Part shown: one piece after another, positions 8,313-16,172 of the stretch
Position numbering within the stretch: the first letter of the stretch is position 1
How the letters are laid out: each line of letters starts with the position of its first letter
Assembly: GCA_902585315.1 (NCBI GenBank)
Contig: CACIDC010000002.1
Coordinates: 37,789 to 101,788 of the forward strand
Source: an uncultured SAR86 cluster bacterium
GTDB taxonomy: Bacteria; Pseudomonadota; Gammaproteobacteria; Magnimaribacterales; TMED112
Length of the DNA stretch: 64,000 nucleotides
Reading direction: 5' to 3'
Program-made: the position numbers and the translations under genes
The notes under the pieces: model-generated
The model's database searches: none
Seen by the model: only the letters and a program-made list of their open reading frames with translations
What the model was told of the DNA's origin: nothing

Positions 8313-10379
8313 ATGAAAAATATTGTAAGGAAAGAGATCCCAATGGGATCAAAAACACTTGTACTTGAAACAGGAAAAATCGCGAGACAGGCTACTGCCT
8401 CTGTAATAGCATCAATGGGTGGCACTGTTGTAATGTGTGCTGTAGTCACAAAACCTAGTGCTGAAGGAAGAGATTTCTTTCCCTTGAGTGTGCACTATAT
8501 GGAAAAAACTTATGCTGCTGGGAAAATCCCTGGAGGTTATTTCAAACGAGAAGGTAAACCGACTGAAATAGAAACATTAACTTCAAGATTAATCGATAGA
8601 CCATTAAGACCTCTATTTCCAGATTTTTATGTAGATGAAGTCCAGGTAAATTGTATGCTTTTATCGTTGGATAAAGACAATCCACCTGATGTCGTTGCTC
8701 TTATGGCTGCTTCAGCTGCTATGTCCATAGCAGATGTTCCATTCAGAGGCCCAATGGCTGCAGCGAGAGTAGGCTTTGTAAACGACGAGTATGTTTTAAA
8801 TCCATCATTTGCTGAAATGGATGAATCAGATCTTGATATGGTAGTAGCTGGCTCTGAAAGTGCAGTTCTTATGGTTGAATCTGATGCAAATGAGTTAAGC
8901 GAAGATTTGATGATAGGAGCAATTCTTTATGGTCATCAAGAAATGAAACCAGTAATTAAACAAATAGATGAATTTGCCAAAGAAGTTCTTCCAGAGAAGT
9001 CAGATTTTACAAATCCAAATGAAGAAGAAGAGAAGAAAATCTTTGATGAAGTTAGTGAGAAATGTGGAGCTGGTCTCAGTGAAGCGTTCACGACAACTGA
9101 CAAAAAAGAACGAGGTAAAAAAATTACTGCGGTAAAGGAAACCTTGTTGGATAGCCTTGATGAAGATTCACATAATGCTTATTTGAAGCAATTTAAAGAA
9201 GTCGAAAAACATATTGTTAGAGAGAATATTTTGGGTGCGCAAAAAAGGATTGATGGTAGAGGTCTCAATGAAGTTAGGGACATAAGTGTTGAGACTAATT
9301 TTTTACCTTCAGTACATGGTTCCGCCCTATTTACTAGAGGGGAAACTCAAGCAATCGTTACTGCAACACTTGGCTCAGGCAGAGATATTCAAACCGTTGA
9401 TGCTCTAGCAGGTGAAATCAAAGATAATTTTATGCTTCACTATAATTTTCCAAGCTATAGTGTGGGTGAATTAGGTTTTCCAATGGGCCCTAAAAGAAGG
9501 GAAATTGGCCATGGAGCACTTGCAAAGAGATCACTACAATTTGCTGTTCCAAGTGTAGAGGAATTTCCATATGCAATAAGAGTAGTCAGTGAAATCACAG
9601 AATCAAATGGTTCTAGCTCAATGGCATCTGTTTGCGGTGGAAGTTTAGCTATGATGGCAGCTGGCGTACCAATTAAAGAGAATATAGCTGGTGTTGCAAT
9701 GGGACTTGTCAAAGATGATAGTCGCTATGAAGTTCTAACCGATATTCTGGGTGATGAGGATCATTTAGGTGATATGGATTTTAAGGTTGCAGGAACAAAG
9801 AATGGTGTCTCAGGTCTTCAAATGGATATTAAAATTGAAGGCATAAATGAGGAGATACTTGAAAAAGCGTTAATGCAAGCAAAAGAAGCAAGAATGCATA
9901 TTCTGGGAGAAATGGATAAAGTTCTTGCCAAGCCAAATGAATTGACAGGTTTAGCACCTTACTTCTGTAAATTTAAAGTTCACAAAGATAAAGTTAAAGT
10001 TGTGATTGGTAAAGGCGGTTCAACAATTAAAGGATTGCAAGAAGAGTTTGGTGTTACTATCGAACTTCAAGATACAGGTGAAGTAAATGTATTTGGCGAA
10101 AATAAAGAAGTTGCCGAAGCTGCTAAAGAAAAAATTGAATTACTCTGTGCAGAACCTGAAGTTGGTAAAGATTATGATGCAGTTGTAGCTAAGATTATGG
10201 AGTTTGGTGCCTTCGTTACATTCATGCCTGGCAAAGACGGCCTGCTACATATATCTCAATTTAAAGAAGATTTTGATCAGTTAACTGACGTCATAAATGA
10301 AGGCGATAAGATAAGAGTAAAAGTAACTGAAATAAGAAGAGACGGAAAAATTAAACTTGAGTTTTCAGACTCAGAATAG
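8313..10379 (+). CDS. pnp: polyribonucleotide nucleotidyltransferase (PNPase)
   Basis: 688 aa with two RNase PH domains, a KH domain (VIGKGGSTIKGLQEEFG) and a C-terminal S1 domain (GKDYDAVVAKIMEFGAFVTF). Confidence 0.96.
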   Translation: MKNIVRKEIPMGSKTLVLETGKIARQATASVIASMGGTVVMCAVVTKPSAEGRDFFPLSVHYMEKTYAAGKIPGGYFKREGKPTEIETLTSRLIDRPLRPLFPDFYVDEVQVNCMLLSLDKDNPPDVVALMAASAAMSIADVPFRGPMAAARVGFVNDEYVLNPSFAEMDESDLDMVVAGSESAVLMVESDANELSEDLMIGAILYGHQEMKPVIKQIDEFAKEVLPEKSDFTNPNEEEEKKIFDEVSEKCGAGLSEAFTTTDKKERGKKITAVKETLLDSLDEDSHNAYLKQFKEVEKHIVRENILGAQKRIDGRGLNEVRDISVETNFLPSVHGSALFTRGETQAIVTATLGSGRDIQTVDALAGEIKDNFMLHYNFPSYSVGELGFPMGPKRREIGHGALAKRSLQFAVPSVEEFPYAIRVVSEITESNGSSSMASVCGGSLAMMAAGVPIKENIAGVAMGLVKDDSRYEVLTDILGDEDHLGDMDFKVAGTKNGVSGLQMDIKIEGINEEILEKALMQAKEARMHILGEMDKVLAKPNELTGLAPYFCKFKVHKDKVKVVIGKGGSTIKGLQEEFGVTIELQDTGEVNVFGENKEVAEAAKEKIELLCAEPEVGKDYDAVVAKIMEFGAFVTFMPGKDGLLHISQFKEDFDQLTDVINEGDKIRVKVTEIRRDGKIKLEFSDSE

Positions 10380-11270
10380 TTCAGCAAGCATACACCTTGC
10401 TGAGCCTCCTCCATATTTTTCTATGGTTGAGATATCAGAGTGTACGATCTTTTTAAAATGTTTTTCAATCTTTTCCTTTTGAATTTCTGTGTAAGCATTG
10501 AAAGCTGCAGTTGACATAGCTAATAATAAATTTCCATCTTTATCAGGTATTTCCAAGCAGTTTCCACAAAAATTTAATAATTGTTCTTTCCTAATTTCAA
10601 TAACATCATGGAATCTCTCGACTCTTTCTTTTACGAGATCTCTATATTCAGGTTTAATGACTTCATAGCATATTCCTATAGCAGATGTGCCTATATACAT
10701 TAAAACATCTGTATGATAGATCGGACTTCCAGTATGGCTTTCTGTTTCAAACATTACTAATTCATAATTATTTTCATTACACCATTCATTTGCTAATCCA
10801 GCATTTGCTCGGGGAGATATCGTTAAATATACAATTCTATTAACTCGATCAATAACCATACTGCTCGTTGATTCTAAAAATATATTTCTACTTTCATGAG
10901 AGCTAAGATCGCAAGTCAGCTTATATTCTTCTGAAAGTTTTTCAATCATCTTAGGTGCTTTTTCCTTTCTACGATTCTCTGCAAGCATACTAAAAATTTG
11001 AAATGTTTTATTTTCGAAGGTTATGAACCAATTTGGAAAAATGTGATCAGGACATTCTTTAGAACCTTTCATTGATAAAACAGATACTCCATTTTTAGTA
11101 AGAGCATTTTTAAAAGTATTAAATTCTTCTTTAGCTTGTTTCAAAATTTCATCAGTGCTGATTGAGTCATCATCAACTTGGTAATGATTGCTTGATGCAG
11201 TTTGAGGATTCATGAAAAATACTTCAGGCTCAACCATGAAAATTTTATTTGTGGATTGTTTGTCTTGCAT
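10371..11270 (-). CDS. pentein (guanidino-group-modifying) superfamily hydrolase, arginine-deiminase-related / CtlX-like citrulline hydrolase candidate
   Basis: 299 aa with HTGSPIYHTDVLMYIG and the C-terminal GGGSARCMLAELF carrying the nucleophilic Cys, characteristic of amidinotransferase-fold enzymes. Divergent from an ornithine aminotransferase. Confidence 0.6.
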   Translation of the reverse strand: MQDKQSTNKIFMVEPEVFFMNPQTASSNHYQVDDDSISTDEILKQAKEEFNTFKNALTKNGVSVLSMKGSKECPDHIFPNWFITFENKTFQIFSMLAENRRKEKAPKMIEKLSEEYKLTCDLSSHESRNIFLESTSSMVIDRVNRIVYLTISPRANAGLANEWCNENNYELVMFETESHTGSPIYHTDVLMYIGTSAIGICYEVIKPEYRDLVKERVERFHDVIEIRKEQLLNFCGNCLEIPDKDGNLLLAMSTAAFNAYTEIQKEKIEKHFKKIVHSDISTIEKYGGGSARCMLAELF

Positions 11271-11314
11271 TTTATAACTGGCAGTACAATTTTTTTGCTA
11301 TTAGAATAACCCCA

Positions 11315-12580
11315 GTGGTAAATGATATTCAAAATAACTTAATAAAAAAAGAGTCAATTTTTGGGCCAGATAATTACAAACCTTTACCTGTTGTTTTATC
11401 AAAAGCAAAGGGAGTTTGGGCTTGGGATGTAAATGAAAAAAAATATCTTGATATGATGTCTGGATACTCTGCAGTAAGTCATGGACATGCACATCCAGAG
11501 CTACTGAGAGTATTTCATGAACAATCTAGCAAATTATCGCTTACTTCCAGAGCATTCTATACAGATACTTTAGGACCATACCTTGAAACAATAACTAAGA
11601 TGAGTGGTTTTGAAATGTGCTTACCTATGAATTCAGGTGCTGAAGCAGTTGAAACAGCTATAAAATCTTCGAGAAGATGGGCTTATCGAACAAAAGGAGT
11701 TGAGCCTGGTAAAGCGGAAATAATAGTGGCTGAAGGAAATTTTCACGGAAGGACAACGACCATAATTAGTTTTTCAAGCGATGAAAATTCTAAAGATGAT
11801 TTTGGGCCTCATACACCAGGTTTTATTACTGTTAAATATGGATGTTCAAAATCAATTGAATCCGCAATTAATAAAAATACTGCTGCAGTTTTAATAGAGC
11901 CTATTCAAGGAGAAGGTGGAATAATAGTGCCACCCGATAATTATTTAAAAGAAGTTAGAGAAATTTGTACAAAACATAATGTTTTGATGCTTTTAGATGA
12001 AATTCAATCTGGTTTAGGAAGAACAGGAAAATTATTTGCATATCAACACTCGTGCGGTGGTTGTAATTGCGATATAGGCTGTAATGAAGATCAATCAAGA
12101 GAATCTAAACCAGATGGTCTGATACTAGGAAAGGCTCTAGGTGGAGGTTTTATGCCAGTATCATGCTTTCTAACATCAAAAGAAGTAATGCAGTGGATGG
12201 ATCCCGGCTCACATGGCTCAACTTTTGGTGGCAATCCGCTCGCAGCTGCACTAGCAAAAAGATCACTAGAATTGCTTGTTGAAGAAGATTTAATTGAAAA
12301 TAGCAGAGCGATGGGCGATTACTTTAAGGAATGTTTGCTTAGTATGAATTCTAAAATCATTAAAGAAATTAGAGGTAAAGGTTTATGGCTAGGTGTAGAA
12401 ATTGATCCTAATTATGTTTCTGGAAAGGAATTATCAAAAATGTGTTTAGAAGCAGGTATTTTATGTAAAGAGACACATGAAACAACAATCAGGTATGCTC
12501 CTCCATTGGTTATTACAAAAGAAGAGCTTGATTGGGGAATAGAAAAAATTAATGCAGTGTTCTCCAAGATAACTAGTTAG
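11315..12580 (+). CDS. rocD: ornithine aminotransferase (class III PLP aminotransferase)
   Basis: Motifs: [51 protein letters not shown] (PLP Lys), [11 protein letters not shown] and IRYAPPLVI. The pattern matches RocD/OAT. I set the start at GTG 11315, because the track's TTG at 11249 would overlap the divergent gene. The exact start is uncertain. Confidence 0.85.
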   Translation: [421 protein letters not shown]

Positions 12581-12592
12581 AGCCATTTCTAA

Positions 12593-12985
12593 ATGATCAT
12601 AAAAATAATTAAATATGCAGGCACAAATGGAGTTGCATTTGTAGCTGATTTCATTGTTCTAGTTTTATTAGATACTTATACAGATATCAATCGTTCCTAT
12701 ATTGCCTTTTTCTGTTATTTACTTGGAACTTGTGTGAGTTTTGTTTTGGCAAAAAACTTTGTTTTTGGTAGGGGCTGGTTAGCAGATAGGCCAGCGTTAG
12801 AATTTTCAGCATATTTTTTAGGTGGCATTATTGGAGCAATTATTACTGCTGTGGCATTTTTTTTACTTGCTGCAATAAATGTTAATAACATCCTTGTTCA
12901 AAAAATCATTGCTTCCGTATTTAGTTTCACAACTGTATTCATTTACAGGAATTTCATAGTATTTAATGATGACCGAAATAATTAA
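12593..12985 (+). CDS. GtrA-family small integral membrane protein
   Basis: 130 aa with four predicted TM helices. The N-terminus KYAGTNGVAFVADFIVLVLL and C-terminus YRNFIVF fit the GtrA-like pattern. Confidence 0.6.
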   Translation: MIIKIIKYAGTNGVAFVADFIVLVLLDTYTDINRSYIAFFCYLLGTCVSFVLAKNFVFGRGWLADRPALEFSAYFLGGIIGAIITAVAFFLLAAINVNNILVQKIIASVFSFTTVFIYRNFIVFNDDRNN

Positions 12986-14270
12986 GAAGCTCATTAATTT
13001 ACTAGGTGAGAAAAAAGTAAAGTTTTCTAAGGACTATTTAGAAAAATATGGAATAGATTGGTATAAGGAAATAAAACCTGATCCAACAGCTATTGTTTTT
13101 CCTTATAATGAAAATGACCTTCAAGAAATAGTTTTATTTGCAGAAAAAGAAGATCAAAAATTAGTTATTTCAGGTGGCAGAACTGGTTTATGCGGCGGAG
13201 CGACTGCTGCAAATAAAGAGATAGTAGTATCACTCGAAAAAATGAATGATATGAATTGGATTCCAAAAAAAAATCAAGTTGTATGCCAAGCTGGTGCAAT
13301 TACAGACAACGTAAAAAACTTTGTTGCTGAACATGATCGATTGTTACCGATTTCTTTAGCTTCTTCATCCTCAAGTTCAATTGGAGGCAATGTTGCAACA
13401 AACGCAGCTGGCTCCAAATTTATAAAGTATGGCTCTACCAAAGATCACATAGCTAAGATTAAAGTAATGCTCGCTAATGGTGAAATGCTTACTTTAAAAA
13501 AGGAGATAAAAAAAGATGCAACTGGACCCAATCTCATGGAATTATTTTTTGGTTCTGAAGGCGTACTTGGAATTATTTATGAAGTTACTTTTAATACATG
13601 TGAACAACCGAAGTATATTGAAAATATATTGATAAGAACTGGTGAACTAAACTTTATAAGACAGCATATTTTGGCCCCGGAAGTAAAAAACATTATCTCA
13701 TCCATTGAATATTGGGATGAAAATTGTCAGAAGCTTTTAGGAGATTCTCCAGAGTCAACTTATTTTGTTGTTGTAGAGCTTTCTTCAAGTTCTAAAGATG
13801 AGATAGATCTATGCTTAGAAACCTTAGCAGAAAAAAATATAAATATTGCATTATTAAACTCAAAACAATCTGATGAGATTTGGGCTAAAAGAGAAGACTT
13901 GCCAGTAAATTTAGCAAGTAAAGGTGCTTATAAAATGGATATATCAGTACCATTAGAAACTTTAGAAAATTTTTTAGATGAAATTAAAAAACTCAGTCCA
14001 AACGAAATGTTTTCGTTTGGTCATTTAGGCGATGGAAATATACATATCAATATTGTTTCAGAAAGCAATAAAGGCAAACTTATAGATGAGGTCTACGGTC
14101 TTCTAAAAATACATCATGGTTCTCCTAGTGCAGAACATGGCATAGGGCAAAGAAAAAAAGAAATTTGGACTAAATTTGAAGGTTATCAGGACAAGTATAA
14201 ATTGCTTCAAACCCTTAAAAAATCAATGGATCCAAAGAATATATTGAGTCCAAAAGTTTTTTTTGAATAA
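12966..14270 (+). CDS. FAD-linked oxidase (GlcD / D-2-hydroxyacid dehydrogenase family)
   Basis: 434 aa. FAD-binding PCMH-type N-terminus (IVFPYNENDLQEIVLFAEKEDQKLVISGGRTGLCGGA). C-terminal SAEHGIGQRKKE...MDPKNILSPKVFF, typical of the FAD-oxidase_C domain. Confidence 0.8.
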   Translation: MMTEIIKKLINLLGEKKVKFSKDYLEKYGIDWYKEIKPDPTAIVFPYNENDLQEIVLFAEKEDQKLVISGGRTGLCGGATAANKEIVVSLEKMNDMNWIPKKNQVVCQAGAITDNVKNFVAEHDRLLPISLASSSSSSIGGNVATNAAGSKFIKYGSTKDHIAKIKVMLANGEMLTLKKEIKKDATGPNLMELFFGSEGVLGIIYEVTFNTCEQPKYIENILIRTGELNFIRQHILAPEVKNIISSIEYWDENCQKLLGDSPESTYFVVVELSSSSKDEIDLCLETLAEKNINIALLNSKQSDEIWAKREDLPVNLASKGAYKMDISVPLETLENFLDEIKKLSPNEMFSFGHLGDGNIHINIVSESNKGKLIDEVYGLLKIHHGSPSAEHGIGQRKKEIWTKFEGYQDKYKLLQTLKKSMDPKNILSPKVFFE

Positions 14271-14441
14271 TTAAAATCCTCGAAAATACTATATCTAGTG
14301 TTTTTTCACAGAATCAACAAAATATAAGCCAAATTTATATCCGCCCATTTCCTTATTAAAACTGTAAAAACACGAATGTAAAATAATTTGTGAATTACCA
14401 TCTATTTTGTACCATATTCGTAACTATTACATGGGGGAATT

Positions 14442-14672
14442 ATGGATAGTATGATGAAAACTATTGTAGGATTCGTTAATGGTCTTACAGGTATTCTGGT
14501 AGCCGTTATTGGCTTAGGTATCGTTGGTTCTATTGCCGTCGGTGCTGATAATTTATTCTTTGTTGGCGATGTTATAGATAACCTCGTTATGTATGTCGGT
14601 ATGTTGGGTGATTCAGGACTTGCAGGTCTAATCGTATTACTCATAATTATGGGTGTACTAAACATCAAATAG
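14442..14672 (+). CDS. small two-helix membrane protein, unknown function (paralog 1)
   Basis: 76 aa. A strong SD sits just upstream of the ATG (GGGGGAATTATG). Two hydrophobic segments flank the acidic loop GADNLFFVGDVIDNLVMYVGMLGDSG. About 30% identical to the downstream ORF. Confidence 0.6.
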   Translation: MDSMMKTIVGFVNGLTGILVAVIGLGIVGSIAVGADNLFFVGDVIDNLVMYVGMLGDSGLAGLIVLLIIMGVLNIK

Positions 14673-14683
14673 AGTATAATTTT

Positions 14684-14711
14684 GCATGAGGGGTAAAACC
14701 CTCATGCTTTT
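14684..14711 (+). terminator. GC-rich hairpin plus T-run between the two small paralogs (intrinsic terminator/attenuator candidate)
   Basis: GCATGAGGG-GTAAAA-CCCTCATGC forms a perfect 9-bp stem (14684-14692 with 14699-14707), followed by TTTT. It stands out in AT-rich sequence. Confidence 0.55.
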
Positions 14712-14715
14712 AATT

Positions 14716-14949
14716 ATGAAATTTTTAGATTTTGACTTTCCTAAAATTAAAGGATTCTTAGAGAAGCTCACCGAAGTTCTACTTTTAGTGGTTGCAGTAT
14801 CTCTCCTTTTAGGAGTTTTATTTGGGCCTGATACAGCTTTTATAGGCTCTGTTTACGAAAACTTTGCAACTATTCTAAATAGCATTGGACAGGATGGTGT
14901 AATAGCTCTAGTGTCTGTTGCAATAATTTTTGCAATCTTAAAGAAGTAA
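14716..14949 (+). CDS. small two-helix membrane protein, unknown function (paralog 2)
   Basis: 77 aa from ATG 14716. The track's ATG at 14686 lies inside the hairpin stem. It aligns to paralog 1 through G-x-D-x-x-F-x-G-x-V-x-[DE]-N ... G-x-x-G ... II ... L-K. Confidence 0.5.
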   Translation: MKFLDFDFPKIKGFLEKLTEVLLLVVAVSLLLGVLFGPDTAFIGSVYENFATILNSIGQDGVIALVSVAIIFAILKK

Positions 14950-14961
14950 AAAACACTTTAA

Positions 14962-15038
14962 TGGTGGCTATGCTTGGACTTGAACCAAGGACCTCAGCAT
15001 TATGAATGCTGCGCTCTAACCAGCTGAGCTACATAGCC
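14962..15038 (-). tRNA. elongator tRNA-Met (anticodon CAT), CCA encoded
   Basis: The reverse complement reads GGCTATGTAGCTCAGCTGGTTAGAGCGCAGCATTCATAATGCTGAGGTCCTTGGTTCAAGTCCAAGCATAGCCACCA. The acceptor and D arm resemble E. coli elongator tRNA-Met rather than tRNA-Ile2. Confidence 0.85.
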
Positions 15039-15083
15039 ATTGCAGAAAGTAATTATAAATAATTAATTTTTAATTACATCAAT

Positions 15084-16172
15084 TTACACATTAAATCTAA
15101 AGTGAATAACATCACCATCCTTAACGATGTAATCTTTGCCTTCAATTCTTAATTTGCCTTGTTCTTTTGCTTTAAGCTCACCACCGCAAGACATGTAATC
15201 ATCAAAACCAATAACTTCTGCCTTGATAAATCCTTTTTCAAAATCCGTATGAATTTTACCAGCAGCCTGAGGGGCAGACGAGCCTGTCTTAACTGACCAT
15301 GCTCTCACTTCTTTCGGGCCGGCAGTAAAGTATGAAAATAAATTAAGCATCTCATATCCCTTTCTAATTACTGCATTAAGTGCTGGTTCTTGAAGCCCAA
15401 GCATTTCAAGATATTCTATTTTTTCATTAGGCTCCAAATCAACCAATTCACCCTCAGCTTTGGCAAATACTTTTATTACTGGAAGGTCAGATTTAGCAGC
15501 ATAATCTTCTAGAGCTGAATAATGAGTATTTTTGCCTTCATCCTCATGCAGATTAGCAATGAAAAAAAATGGTTTGGCAGTTACTAGCTGTATTTGTTTT
15601 AAAATTTCATTTTCATGAGCCTCAAAAGACAAATCCCTAATAGGTTTTGTTTCATTTAGATGGTTTTCAATCTTTTCCAATAAATCAAATTCAAATTGTG
15701 TTTCCTTATCTCCGTTTCTTAATTGTTTTCCAATACGCTCTTTGCGTTTAACAATTATCTCTAGATCTGCCAGTATTAGTTCTGTATCAATTGTTTCAAG
15801 ATCCTCTAATGGAGACACTTTTCCCTCTACATGAATTACATTTTCATCATCAAAACATCTGATTACATGTGCAAAACATTGGGTTTCTCTAATATGTGAT
15901 AAAAATTTGTTACCAAGACCTTCACCAGAGTGAGCTCCTTTAACTAAACCAGCAATATCAACAAATTCCATAAATGACGGAATAACTTTCTCAGGATTTA
16001 CTAGTCCTGCGAGTTGATCCAATCTAGCATCAGGTATGTTTACACGAGCTATATTTGGTTCAATAGTACAGAATGGAAAATTTTCAGCATCAATTTTCTG
16101 TGAGGTTAATGCATTGAATAACGTAGATTTGCCAACGTTGGGTAATCCAACTATGCCACACTTGATACTCAT
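15084..16172 (-). CDS. ychF: redox-regulated ATPase YchF
   Basis: 362 aa with P-loop GIVGLPNVGKSTLFNALT and a C-terminal TGS-like domain. Conserved pth-ychF pair. Confidence 0.95.
   Translation of the reverse strand: MSIKCGIVGLPNVGKSTLFNALTSQKIDAENFPFCTIEPNIARVNIPDARLDQLAGLVNPEKVIPSFMEFVDIAGLVKGAHSGEGLGNKFLSHIRETQCFAHVIRCFDDENVIHVEGKVSPLEDLETIDTELILADLEIIVKRKERIGKQLRNGDKETQFEFDLLEKIENHLNETKPIRDLSFEAHENEILKQIQLVTAKPFFFIANLHEDEGKNTHYSALEDYAAKSDLPVIKVFAKAEGELVDLEPNEKIEYLEMLGLQEPALNAVIRKGYEMLNLFSYFTAGPKEVRAWSVKTGSSAPQAAGKIHTDFEKGFIKAEVIGFDDYMSCGGELKAKEQGKLRIEGKDYIVKDGDVIHFRFNV

Noticed and set aside
11249-11314. TTG 11249 as the rocD start, which would overlap the divergent hydrolase gene by 22 nt.
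   Set aside because: The encoded MWIVCLAFYNWQYNFFAIRITP has no counterpart in OAT N-termini. GTG 11315 restores the usual N-terminus. I cannot exclude it without expression data.
14686-14715. ATG 14686 and ATG 14704 as starts of the second small membrane protein.
   Set aside because: Both lie inside the 9-bp GC-rich hairpin. A start at 14716 gives a 77-aa product that aligns with the 76-aa paralog. This remains uncertain.
14442-14949. The small two-helix proteins as ATP synthase subunit c, or as circular/class II bacteriocins.
   Set aside because: They lack the subunit-c polar loop (R-Q/N-P) and the conserved carboxylate in helix 2. They are net acidic rather than cationic. No immunity, export or atp genes are adjacent.
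14271-14961. An intact genomic island or prophage at tRNA-Met.
   Set aside because: There is only about 0.7 kb between the FAD oxidase gene and the tRNA. I could find no integrase and no direct repeat of the tRNA 3' end, so at most this is a remnant.
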